From NCBI GenBank assembly GCA_030141605.1, contig JAQGDQ010000966.1, positions 10,864 through 74,863 of the forward strand: a stretch of DNA of 64,000 nt, written 5' to 3'. This document shows positions 1-11,247 of this stretch, one piece after another. The notes beneath the pieces were generated by a model. That model saw nothing but the letters and a program-made list of their open reading frames with translations. It had not been told where the DNA came from and did not search any database. Source of the stretch: Tubiluchus corallicola (lineage: Eukaryota > Animalia > Priapulida). The number at the start of each line of letters is the position of its first letter. Position 1 is the first letter of the stretch. Both the position numbers and the translations under genes were made by a program.

Positions 1-899
1 TGATTATAACAAAATTTCTTATAACTTGTGATAATGTAACAAAACGTTGTGCTCATTCGTGAAATCATAGATGTCACAAAGTGTAAGTTCACATAATTTT
101 CATTCTAATCTTACATGGTTAAACTGTTCGAACTTCCGCTAACATCTGTAAGAACCTGGTAATATTTGTAGTTAAATGCGATTAACCTGTCTTTTACAGA
201 TCCGAATAAAGCCTTACTTGTAGCAAAAACCTGTCACTAATAAACTGCACAACTGCATTGCCTTATACGGAGGTTTCAGACTTTATTATATTATCTTAAA
301 ACATTGAGCACATTAGTATTATTACTATTATCATTTTTATTGTGTCATTTCGATGCACTATTTTCCTCAAATTAAATAAGTCTCGCACAGAGTTGCAACT
401 AGTGTCACATAATTAACCATACTAATTAACGTTGCATAAATAGGGCTGCTAGGTTGCCTCTTGGTCTTTCTCCACCTTGTGTCACTTATCAGTGTTATTC
501 TCAAGTAAATATTGTATATTAATATATCATAAAAGAGACAAATAAATTGAATTGAATTGAATTGGAATTTATTTAAAAAGCAAAGGCTTTTACGTGGCTT
601 AGGATTTTGGCAACTATCCAAAGTCCAACTCTAGCCAAACATGTGTCAAATGTTCGCCAAATGGTCGGAAAGCAATCGTCGTCGTCGCAAAAAAATCTTT
701 AAAATGTTTAAATTTTGTCGCCAGAACAGGAAAAGCTGCCAGTATGCCGAATCTTTGCGAAACGGTTGTAAAGTTGTCATAACGAGCGTCAAATGTTCAC
801 AGTTTTCGTCGCAAAAATTTTCGTGATGTTTGTCAACAATTTCAGATTCCGTGAAAACTTATACGACGCGTTTCAGAACATTACGAAATTTTGGTGATT

Positions 900-1390
900 T
901 AATGCAATTTCGTGTTCGCGTCACTCGTTACGTGCATTTCGCCATTTCCTAGTTAGATGGGCACTAGCACCTACATTTCGAAAACGTGTTGCACAAAAAA
1001 CAAGTGCTGTACCTCTCAGTTCAAATGTGCTAGTTTGTGATGAACTGCACACGTTCGACAGCTCATGCGTGAGCACAGTGGTAAATTTGAAATTTGAATT
1101 TTTATCTTAAAACTTGCCTAATTTTAGTACAACACACGGAATATCTTACAATGTACTTCAATTTTCGCTTTCGCAAACACATTCAACATGCTCATGGAAT
1201 ATTTTTGTTGTTGAAAATTGTGTTAGTTTGTGATGTCATCAATAGTTGGGCTTGCCCACCAATAATAAAGATTTAATCTATTAGGTAATTATCAGAAACA
1301 CTTTTATAGTATTAATTCTGTCAAATTTCATACTTTTGATCATACTTGAAAATGTGGTAGTATATGAAAAATCATCCTGTCTTACTTTAA
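900..1390 (+). repeat. Dispersed repeat family, probably a non-autonomous DNA transposon; other copies at ~40100-40590 (+), ~48600-49100 (-), ~51940-52070 (- partial)
   Basis: Shared sequence such as CTAGTTAGATGGGCACTAGC...CACACGTTCGACAGCTCATGC...AAATTTGAAATTTGAATTT recurs at these positions. Confidence 0.75.
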
Positions 1391-1392
1391 TA

Positions 1393-1869
1393 CGATCAAC
1401 CTTGGGTATAAGGTATTCACTTATAAGGGATCGCCAACACCGGTCCCCGATTTTTCGTAACGTTTTTTCCATGTAAAAATGTTCGTACATAAGGTACTCG
1501 GATATAAGGGACTCTCGGTTATAAGGGACGATATCTTCAGGTCCCACAGAATAGAAACCCAGGTAAATTAGCTCGCATACAAGGATCAAAGCAAAATTGA
1601 CAGATTTTTAATCTCAATTTTTTCGTAAACTCGGCCTTCGAACAGCTCGGTTTCCGCGGTCACATACAACTCGTGTCACTGAAGGAGCTTCCTACATACC
1701 GTTTGCACTGAAAGTGTAGCAATAATCCATAAAAATATGGATTAGTACAAGTAAAAGTACAGGTCCAGATATACCCTTGGTCTGCCTCAACTGTGGCTAG
1801 AAGGGACATCGGATATAAAGGGCGATTTTTTCCGGTTCCGATCGTGTCCCTTATATCTGAGGTTGACTG
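1393..1869. mobile_element. Tigger/pogo-like MITE
   Basis: TA|CGATCAACCT ... GAGGTTGACTG|TA: imperfect TIRs with TA flanks; internal (GA)TATAAGGGA subterminal motifs. Confidence 0.6.
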
Positions 1870-2072
1870 TATAGCAGTATGTGAATTATAAATCTCTTTC
1901 ACGTAGAAAGGTATTCCATTGATAAGAAGGAAGTTTGCTCTGAATGAGTTCATTTGCTGTGACATTATTTGCTCCGCATTCAAATGGCATTAACACGTAA
2001 TTTCTGGTTATATAATGAACGAAATGTTGAAATATATACTGGTTATACAATGCCAAAAGTAAGATTTTCTAC

Positions 2073-2174
2073 CTGATCTGATTTTTCGTTCAACCGCTCC
2101 ACCAGATGGCAAGTATAACCGCCTCGCGCAGGAACACAATCTGCCACATAATCTGGTCGTATCTGGTAAATTGC
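2073..2174 (-). CDS. POLRMT: Mitochondrial RNA polymerase, exon 8 of those seen (AIYQIRPDYVADCVPARGGYTCHLVERLNEKSDQ)
   Basis: ttccag/gtagaa boundaries, phase 0-0, 102 nt; resembles the post-PPR segment of animal POLRMT (human AVHKVKPTF...NTSKLL, from memory). Confidence 0.8.
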
Positions 2175-2315
2175 CTGGAATAAATGCACGAAATTAGAAA
2201 CGTGATTAAATTCATAATATTGCCGATTAGGCCAAACAGATGAAGATGGTAAATGCTAAGGTCTAAAGTTTACTATTCCTCACACACACACACGAAATTA
2301 GTTTGTGAAGCAGAT

Positions 2316-2625
2316 TGGGATTAGGGGAAGGATTAGCATTAGGGTTATGGTCGGCGATAGGGTTCAGGTTAGTTTCGGGTTAGGATTGGGGTTAGGGTTA
2401 GAGTTAGGGTTGGGTTAGGGTTAGGGTTAGCGCTAGATTCAGGGTCAAGGCTTGAATTAGGGTTGGTTTAGGGTTAGAGTTAGGGCTAGATTCACGGTTG
2501 GCCCAGGGTTAGGGCTAGAGTTAGGCTGAGTTGGGGTTAGGGCTAGAGTTAGACTTGGGTTAGGGCTACATTCAGGGTTGCATTAGGGTTAGGTCTAGAG
2601 TTAGGGTTGGGTTAGGGTTAAGGCT
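2316..2625 (+). repeat. Degenerate interstitial (TTAGGG)n-like tract
   Basis: Many TTAGGG, TTAGAG, TTGGG and TCAGGG variants. Confidence 0.85.
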
Positions 2626-2887
2626 AGTAATTGAGTTAACTGCCGACAGTTTTTATATACTTTTGCATAGAAGCGGCCCGTACTAGATGTTTTTCGGACA
2701 ATTAGACGATTGATTCTACATTACCGTGAGTCCAACGCACGGCAACTGCTGTATTAGTTTAGCATCAGCAGATGCGGACAATCGGCAAATTTAGACCGAC
2801 GTCTCCCCACTTTAGTCCGACAAACCGAGACATGAACTTATTCGCAACTTTAACTTAATGTTGTAGCCTTTCTATAACTGCACTTAC

Positions 2888-2956
2888 TTCAAGAATTTTC
2901 TTTCGCTCCTCGCCCATGAAATTGCAATTATTGAAAATGTCTTCCAGTTTCATTCC
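2888..2956 (-). CDS. POLRMT: POLRMT exon 7 (GMKLEDIFNNCNFMGEERKKILE)
   Basis: tttcag/gtaagt, phase 0-0, 69 nt; resembles human GLKLQALF...EEDRATVLK. Confidence 0.85.
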
Positions 2957-3465
2957 CTGAAATTTAAAAAAAAAACATAAATAAATTGTCGGTCTCGACT
3001 AACTGTTGACTCGTGCCAGTAACAACAAAAAACCTCGAAAAAACAGCAAAGAAAAGCTAAAAGAAAAAGAAAACACTTTTCATCAAAAAAGCTGAAAAAA
3101 GTTGTCTTTAAGATTTATATCACGCACATTATGTCTTATTGTATATAGAGCTTGCATTAGAAGTAACGTTGCATAAAACTTGAAGATTTAAACTCCCACG
3201 ATTTAAACTTCTCGAGACCTTTCAGTCCTGAAGCACTTCACGAAGGATAGATTTCTTTGCGAAAGGTATGAAACAAACATGGAAAAAAATCTTTAACATT
3301 TGTGAAAATGTTCCTGGCGTCAAAAACAAAAATGGCGCCTGTCTAGAATCAACCTTCTTAACTTCTTTTATGACAGTACACAACAAAAGCGACACCTTGC
3401 TTCACTTCGCCTACAAGCCTAGCCTATTGTATCCCAAGGTAGGAATTTCTGGTAAACAAATGAAG

Positions 3466-3620
3466 TCTCTCTCTCTCACTCTCTCTCTCTCTTCTCTGTC
3501 CCTCTCTCCGTCTCTCTCTCCATCTCTTTCTCTCACTCTCTTTCTCTCTCTCCTTTCTCTCTGTTCTCCTTTGCTTTCTCACCATCTCTTTCTTTTTCCC
3601 TCCATCTCTCTCTCTCTCCC
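3466..3620 (+). repeat. Imperfect (CT)n microsatellite
   Basis: Direct reading. Confidence 0.9.
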
Positions 3621-3795
3621 CAATGGCTTTGATATTTAATGAACCATATTTAGTGGAGTCCCGAAGTTTGACTACATTTTAGACCATAAGTTAAAATGTG
3701 TATGAGTGAAAAATCGTCCTGTTTTTCCATAACAAACCGTTGTCCGATAAAAAATTTGGTGCAGCGGCAGACGAATTCAACATGATCACACAAAC

Positions 3796-3954
3796 CTTTC
3801 TTTCCATTTCGGTTGCCAAACTTTCGCCGAAATCGGCATCGAACGGAACCCTCTGAGCTAGCGCTTCGAACATGGCGGCGTACGTTTGGTAGCTGGGGGA
3901 CATGCGATGCTGCTTCATCCATTCGAAGATTTCCCTTACTGCTTCCGTATGACC
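3796..3954 (-). CDS. POLRMT: POLRMT exon 6, PPR motif (GHTEAVREIFEWMKQHRMSPSYQTYAAMFEALAQRVPFDADFGESLATEMERK)
   Basis: ttgtaag/gtttgt, phase 0-0, 159 nt; PPR pattern like human GAFKELVYVLFMVKDAGLTPDLLSYAAAL. Confidence 0.85.
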
Positions 3955-5069
3955 CTTACAAATACGAACAGACAGTAAAGCTATGAAGTTGAACCCAGTT
4001 TATTTATCTGCCTAATTATTTTAACTCTGATCATCAAAAATCGCTCTGTAATTCTTTAATGACTCCATTATACATCTGCTTGCTTATGCACGACTATAAC
4101 ACACAACTTACAATATTGTTTGCAATGTAATTTTTGGTGTCCGGTTGTTCCCCCTTGCATGATACGCTTTTTGTTATGTAAATTATAACATCTGTATGCC
4201 TGTGCATGAAAATTAACGCCCATTTCAATATACTTCAATATGCCAATATACAGATACACCCGATCTTCAGTTCCATTATTTTGATGATAATTTATTTTTT
4301 GACTGTCAAAAATTGTGCTTGTGTCATGAAATACATTTCAGTTGCAGTTGTTCTTATGTTTCCGTAGTCAGATTTTTATTTACAGTTCTTGTTTTGATTT
4401 TTTATTATACACTTCTTATTACTGCGTTATATGAGTTGTATGAATATGTTATATATAACACGGTATGAACATATCAATTTAATGTCATTTGTAAGAATCA
4501 AGTCCTAATTAAAAGCAGCATTAACACTGATACACTGTAGCACAACACTTATAAAAACATTCATCACTAACCTGTGGGCAGATGACCAATTGGTCTTTTG
4601 CTGCCCTTTCTTCACAATTTTTTTTCAAATTAATTGTAATATAATTGTATGTGTATTGCAAAATAAATAAAAAAAGTACACGGATTATAGATAATTATCA
4701 AAAACGAAAAAAGTAAGAAGAAGACTGCAATGCTCTTAAATCAAGTTGGTGCAAGTTGTACTGCAGTGAGTTTCATTTTCAAATTTATGTCAAATTCTGT
4801 TGTGTTATTTTTATGTTGTATTGTATTGTGTTGTATTGTATTGCATTGTACTGTAGTGACTTTCATTTATGTCTAATTTTCACTGATTGAAAAACTGTCA
4901 AAGCTTGAAAAAAGACGTTTGTCAAATTTGCTAATTTTCAAAAAGTTTTGCCATCTTCATTCTGTGTTGTTTATGGTAGTTATGATTTGACATTATGATT
5001 TGAAAAAGTAAGTTTGAATTTGAGTTTTTCAAAGTCATGTGAAAATATTGTCCAATAAGTGATCTCATT

Positions 5070-5527
5070 TCTAATCACCATGTTATGCTACATCGCTACC
5101 ACGTAGGGAGATTGCAATGCTCTTGATCAAGTTGTTAAATCCGCCTCAAAAATTATAGGAGTTGAACAGCAATCTATGGCATATTTGTATGAAACTAGGG
5201 TTGCAAAGAGAGCACACGTTATCATGAGAGATGAATTCCATCCAGGTAATAAATATTTTGAAATGATCCCCTCTGGCCGTAGATTCCGCTCAATTAACGC
5301 TAAAACCACAAGAAGTTTAAATTCTTTCTATCCAGTTGCAATTTGCACCATCAACAGTAAATTTCAGTAAATCTCCAATATTAATTCTTTATGTCACTTC
5401 AACTGTTTGAATTATTTGTATTAATCTCCTTGTTGTTTCTATAGGTCATTGCAGTACGTAAAACCACGAAAATTTCATTGTATGTAATATGTTATAATGA
5501 CAATAAACCGCTTACTTACGTACTTAA
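5070..5527 (+). mobile_element. 3' fragment of a Rex1/Babar-like LINE
   Basis: HP...F..IPSGRRFRSI..KTTR..NSFYP.AI C-terminal motif, then AATAAA and a short (CTTA)n tail. Confidence 0.65.
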
Positions 5528-5553
5528 TAGAAAGAGACTAGTGAAATGGAATA

Positions 5554-6360
5554 CAGTGTTCCCTCGCTACCTCGCGGTTCGTTCATTGCGGACTCGCTGT
5601 TTCGTGGATTTTCAAAAATATTAATATAAAACTAGCAAAGGCCCCGCAAAAGATTTTGTGTAAAAAACCACGTGTAATCAATAATACGCGAACATCCTAC
5701 CTAGTCCTCATTTATAACACAAAGCCCGTAACATCATGCCTACTGTTTGTTTAACTAACACAAAGCCTGTAGCTTTTCGCTGAATTAAAGTTATAAGCAG
5801 AGTAGAGTACAATGGATGACGTCACAACAATGGCTTTGCGTCAGCAGTTTTCTAAGCGAAAATTGCCAAAAATAGAACATCTAATTAACTCGCCAGTGCT
5901 CCTCTCGGTGGACCTGCCCTAAAATGTGGCTCACATCATCGTGTAGCCCTGTCCTTCCTCTTTGTAAAGAGCCATATATCTTCTTCCGAGAGTCCCACCG
6001 GGCGACGTTAGAACGTTTTTCCCGCAGGCTGTTTGGCTAAAATTTCGAAAAAATCGCGAGTTGTGTCCGGGAAAACGCCCGTTACGGGACACCGTAGCCC
6101 TCTCGCGAATTCTAAATAGGCCTATGACACCCACCGCTGAACTGTCTATCTATCTATATCCAATACCCCCCTCGGCCCGTTCCCGTTCTCTACATCTCAG
6201 GCGTATAACTTTTGTAAAAAACGGCCGAAAAATGGCCATTTCCTCGCGGTGGGCCCCATTCGAAAAATAAACCCCCAATGAGACGACACTAGATCGAGAC
6301 GTTTCGTTTGATATATAGATAGCCGCAAATGGTGCCCTCGTCGAAGCTGTAGCCTCGAAT

Positions 6361-6395
<35 letters not shown>

Positions 6396-7017
6396 ATTCT
6401 CTTATATTAATATTCTTGGTATATATATATATATATATATATACCAAGAATATTAATATAAGAGAATAGATATTTATCGCGGTAATTTCGCTGTTTCGCG
6501 GGTTTTTGCGGTACTCCGTCTAAAGTGTTTTTGCACCTGCGTAGTACATATTGTACAGTAATGTACAGTATTGTACAGTAATGTATAGATGAATTTTGCA
6601 TAAAAAAATCACAAAATATATAAAAATATATTAAAAATATTAATTCTAATATTAAAAGAATATTATAAATCATAAAAATTACCATTTACAGTAAACAGTG
6701 TATTTATTTGGCGGATGAATATACGCCAAAAACGAAATGTAGTACTTGCGCCCGCTTGAGATGCCACTTGCCGACGCGAGATTGTACACAACACACGATT
6801 GGTTGATTGATGGAAAGCTTTTTAAAAGGTACATGTACAGCACGGGAAAAGTTATTAAGGGGATGGGAAAGGGTTATGTATAAGAGTGTGGGGAGGGTTT
6901 ATAAAAACTTAAATAATGTATAACTACTAAAACAAATATAGCGTCCTAATTTCGCAGAAATTCACTTATCGTAGGTGGGCCTGAAACAGAACACCCGCGA
7001 TAAGTGAGGGAACACTG
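5554..7017 (+). mobile_element. Tigger/pogo-like MITE interrupted by a Helitron (5632-6470)
   Basis: TA|CAGTGTTCCCTC ... GAGGGAACACTG|TA; uninterrupted inverted copy at 58982-59595. Confidence 0.85.
5632..6470 (-). mobile_element. Non-autonomous Helitron
   Basis: On the minus strand 5' A|TCTAT... and 3' GCAAAA-like hairpin ...GGGGCCTTTGCTAG|T; inserted between A and T with no TSD relative to the empty site in the 58982-59595 copy. Confidence 0.8.
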
Positions 7018-7539
7018 TACATCAGTTTAAGGCACGCAATTACGTCAATTAACTAGTGGACGTTTTTGTTTGTGTCAAAATCTGTGGTAAGATTCCGGCT
7101 TTTCTAGTGGGAGATACTTTATATGAGAGTAAACTTAAAGGAAAGCGTAGTTAGCAGCAAATAAAAATTTCATCTCCGTAGGCCCCATGTACAAAACACA
7201 ATTTTACTTTCTGCAAAAACGTAGCAAACCTTTTTTGCAGTTTAGCCAGTTGATTTACGTTTTGTTTTGTAAAAGAAGCAAAAATGCTGGTAATTCCCTA
7301 GTCATGCCTGACTGTGCTTGTGGTTCAAGATTAGAGATTAGATGCCTGACTGTCCAAATTACACTCATATTAGAACAATTACGATTGATAAATTGATGTA
7401 GACATTGTCACATGTAAATATTGACATTGTTACACAGTGTAACAATGCTAACCGTTATTGGCGGAAATGAACAATTATGTTATGAATTAAACAGTAAAAT
7501 TTTTGAACGTGTACAAAACTATATGTGTGCTGCGCAGCA

Positions 7540-8175
7540 TAATCATCTATAAGTCGGCAATTAAACTTTTCCGTATCACATATCCCGAATCTTCATTTCA
7601 TGAGGATCATTTTGACACCAAGCTCATCGCTCTATGTTATTTCTAAGCTGAGATAATCCACTTTGAAACTGAGGTGCAGGCTACGCACTGAAAAACATAA
7701 TCTTGAGAAAATCACTGTGAAAGTTAGCCATTGCGTTTTGTCGCGTCTCTACAAAACACTTGGCAACTGCACAAATGCTGGTTGCTATGGACGTTGCAAG
7801 AACACGTTGAAGTTCTGCTTAAATCCAGTAGATTCTGACAAAGATTTGGGCTTGGAAACAGGAAAAACCCGAAGCAAAATGGCTGCTTCCACAAGCTACT
7901 ATTGGAGTTTAAAAAAATACAAGTTTTTTGCAATTGCAGTACTAGTTTCTAGACAGGAAAGTTGGTAAGAAGTTATAAAATTAAATTGTTAGTATTTTTT
8001 GAACATTTTCTTCATAATTTGATGCTAAAATATAAAAGCCCAACATATTTAGCGCCTGTCTCTACAAAATATGAAAAATTGACAATTGACCAAATTTTGG
8101 GTCATTCTACTTTGATCCATAACGTAGTTTTAACTATGCCGACATATGGACGGTTTTGGTTCACAAGCACACATA
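7540..8175 (+). repeat. Dispersed repeat family; related sequence at ~11290-12000 (+), ~38150-38345 and ~63560-64000 (-)
   Basis: Shared TAAGCTGAGATAATCCAC..GAGGTGCAGGCTACGCACTGAAAAACATAATCTT and GGTTGCTATGGAC.TTGCAAG. Confidence 0.7.
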
Positions 8176-8181
8176 TTAAAC

Positions 8182-8289
8182 CTTTTTGGCCCAGCCTCGA
8201 GCTAGAAGGTTATAGATTTCAAGATTTTTCACGTTGATTTTGCCCTGTTTTTGTAGATAATGATGCACCATGGCATGAGCTTGTTCAAC
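8182..8289 (-). CDS. POLRMT: POLRMT exon 5, PPR motif (VEQAHAMVHHYLQKQGKINVKNLEIYNLLARGWAKK)
   Basis: ctgcag/gtttaa, phase 0-0, 108 nt; resembles human LPLAHHLL...LDMYNAVMLGWARQ. Confidence 0.9.
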
Positions 8290-8768
8290 CTGCAGAAGAA
8301 AAAACAAACGATATTTGAATTGAAACTCAACACTGTCTAACACGTCATCAGGGAGACAATAAAAATACTTCTGTTTCCGTCTAATCACCAGGGGTAATAT
8401 TTTTTTATCAAAAATTGGCCGGAAGTTTTATAATTTTTTTTTGTACGTTAATATGCTCACTTGACGCTGTCACCTAAAAGGGTATTTTTCTAATTTAAAA
8501 CATAAAGAACGCAATAATTATCATAACATCATTCTTTCGAGGAACGCAGGATGCAGCCATGTTTTTGCGCGGCTAACTCTCGGCCAGGGTTGCTGTTTTG
8601 TATTATACTTATTGTATTGGATGCTAAAAAGCCATCGAATTTTCCATCAAATTGGAGTATCAATGGCCAAGTAGTGTTGCCGCTTATACTATAAATATAT
8701 CAGAACAGTTTTTGTCGTTACAAATGACACTGAAATCAAATCGACAAATAATCAATCAAATTGCCAAC

Positions 8769-9125
8769 CTTTCCAATGCTAATGGACACGTCGACGAAAG
8801 CTCTAAATTGAGCGACCGATTGCAGGTGCTTGTGGGTCGCTAACGTCTCTCTTTTCTCCGCCGCGTCGTCCGACTTTGCCGCCACGTCGCCGAATTCTTC
8901 ATCGTTTGCGGTGCTCAACTCCGCGACCTCGTTTATTCTTTCTTCTGAGGCGTCAACCGCGTGCTCGACAAGCTCCGCGTCTTCCACGTCTTTGTCGAGG
9001 TCACCGGACCGAATCTGCGAGACGTCTTCTACCATGCCGGCTTGCACGGCCGGTTCAGCGGCGTCGGCTATCTGTTTTTGTGTACCTTGTTCAGCTGTGC
9101 TGCGATTCTCCAACTTTTGCAGTAC
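8769..9125 (-). CDS. POLRMT: POLRMT exon 4: acidic N-terminal extension ending FRAFVDVSISIGK
   Basis: ctttag/gttggc, phase 0-0, 357 nt, open, GC-rich; its end aligns to the helix preceding PPR1. Confidence 0.8.
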
Positions 9126-9850
9126 CTAAAGGAAACAATGAGATGGAAAATAGTATAACTAGCCAAGATCCTGCAAAAGATTTTGCGCATAAAAACACAC
9201 ATCATCGACAATGCGCGAGCATGCTACATAGTTACTGGCAGATCCAATCCACAGATTATTTCCGACTTTGAAATCCTAATTATATATGAACCCTACTTAC
9301 GTTGAGTGAATATACAACACAGTAGCATCAATTACTGATCACAGTATTTGCACTGCGTGCAGTGATGAAATATATGATTAGTTTGTTCAAGTATGAAATG
9401 CGAATGTGGCTCCATCTATGAAGCGTTTTAGTCAGGGGAGTATCAAGACTTTATGACGACCTAGGCTAATAGTTCTGTCCCATCTCTATTGTGAATTTAT
9501 GATTGTTTATGTAATGAGCAGATTAAACAATTACTTGTGGTGTATTAGATACACTATTAACCTGGTTTCTATATGGTTATCATTAATTGCATGCATACGC
9601 GTAAATTGAAGTAGGCCGTGCAACTTTTTGTTGTGTAATACCTTGCACCTGTTTGTTATGTGGCACTTATATAAAATCAGAGTTCTGTAACTGCCTGTGG
9701 TGTATGAAAGTATACAGATATTCCGAGGAGAATAAGAATTTTTTCTAAAATGTGACGCCCTCAAAACTTGGTGCCCTAGACTGTAGCCTAGTTAGCCTAG
9801 TGGTGGATACATGCCTGGGTTCAATTTACGAGAATGATGCTTTACTGCAC

Positions 9851-9978
9851 CTTAGAGTGCCTGTGCTTCCACAGTTGCTGCTGCAGCTTCTTCAGCTTCC
9901 TCTCTGAAAGCGTCTTGGCAAACGTCTTGGAAAATGGAGAAACTGGAGAGCTTTCTTGTGCGACTTGTGACTGCAGCA
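9851..9978 (-). CDS. POLRMT: POLRMT exon 3 (VLQSQVAQESSPVSPFSKTFAKTLSERKLKKLQQQLWKHRHSK)
   Basis: ttttcag/gtgcag, phase 1-0, joins neighbours in frame. Confidence 0.7.
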
Positions 9979-9984
9979 CTGAAA

Positions 9985-10762
9985 AGAAATACATGGGTGG
10001 CACTAAAACTTTGCTGCACAATACATGGGTGGCACTAAAACTTTGCTGTACAATACATGGGTGGCACTAAAACTTTGCTGTACAATACATGGGTGGCACT
10101 AAAACTTTGCTGTATAATACACGGGTGGCACTAAAACTTTGCTGTACAATACATGGGTGGCACTAAAACTGCAGTTCAATATATGGGTGGCACTAAAACT
10201 TTGCTGTACAATACATGGGTGGAACTAAAGCTTCTGTACAATATATGGGAGGCACTAAAACTACTGTACAATACATGGGTGGCACTAAAACTTTTCTGTA
10301 CAATACATGGGTGGAACTAAAGCTGCTGTACAATACATGGCTGGCACTAAAACTTTGCTGTACAATACATGGGTGGAACTAAAGCTGCTGTACAATATAT
10401 GGGTGGCACTAAACCTTTGCTGAAAAATACATGTGTGGCACTAAAACTTAGCTGTACAATACATGGTTGGCAATAAAACTTCGCTGTAAAATACATGTGT
10501 GGCACTAAAACTTTGCTGTACACTACATGTGTGGCACTAAAACTTTGCTGTACAATACATGGGCGGCACTAAAACTTTGCTGTACAATACATGAGTGGAA
10601 CTAAAACTGCTGTACAATACATTGGTGGCACTAAAACTCTGCTGTACAATATATGGGTGGCAATAAAACTACTGTACAATACATGGGCGGCACTAAAACT
10701 GCAGTACAATACATGGGTGGCACTAAAACTTTGAAGTAAAATTCATGGGTGGCACTAAAATT
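9985..10762. repeat. Minisatellite, 30-32 bp unit (GGCACTAAAACTTTGCTGTACAATACATGGGT), about 25 copies
   Basis: Direct reading; abuts the acceptor of POLRMT exon 3. Confidence 0.95.
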
Positions 10763-10898
10763 TGTTTAGGAATTATTTTAGACTTCCCCTTTCTTCCCTT
10801 TCCTATAACGTAACATTATATCGTAGCTATTTTGAATTTCAGGATTCTAGCACCTGTTTTTAAAAATCTACATATTACCTTCTTCATTACAAACTTAC

Positions 10899-11126
10899 CT
10901 GCTTTAAGCTGCTTTTTGGCTTCGGCTATTTCCGTTGTGATCTCGCATGGCTTCGCTTCTACTGTGGGCAACGCAGTTTCCTCTTTCGCTTGTTGCTCAA
11001 CATCTTTCTGGACGGCCTTCTCTTTCTTGCGTTTCGACCTCGGTTTCTTCGGCTTTGCGCTCGGCTGTTGCAGCTTGGCTTCGCTTTGTGATACAATTTG
11101 TCTACCGGGTTGTTTGGCAGAAATGG
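10899..11126 (-). CDS. POLRMT: POLRMT exon 2 (K/E/Q-rich: AISAKQPGRQ...AEAKKQLKA)
   Basis: ttttgaag/gtaagt, phase 1-1, 228 nt, open. Confidence 0.7.
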
Positions 11127-11174
11127 CTTCAAAAGAAAAATAAAGTATACAAAACAAATTTTCTAAACTAATTC

Positions 11175-11247
11175 GGGTTGTGTGGCCGAGTGGTTTAGAT
11201 GTTGGACTGCAGCCACGTGGTCTTGAGTTCAATACTAGCGGCTGCCA
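11175..11247 (+). repeat. tRNA-derived SINE head or tRNA pseudogene
   Basis: A box TGGCCGAGTGG and B box GAGTTCAATAC; stems do not close. Confidence 0.5.

Noticed and set aside
187-230. Candidate further POLRMT exon (VFATSKALFGSVKD, minus strand)
   Set aside because: Splice signals are plausible, but there is no recognisable homology and the next junction cannot be confirmed.
1660-1983. 107-aa minus-strand ORF near POLRMT exons
   Set aside because: Runs into a MITE; the nearest acceptor gives a stop in the required phase.
9985-10762. CRISPR-like periodicity
   Set aside because: Head-to-tail repeats without unique spacers, no cas genes, eukaryotic intron.
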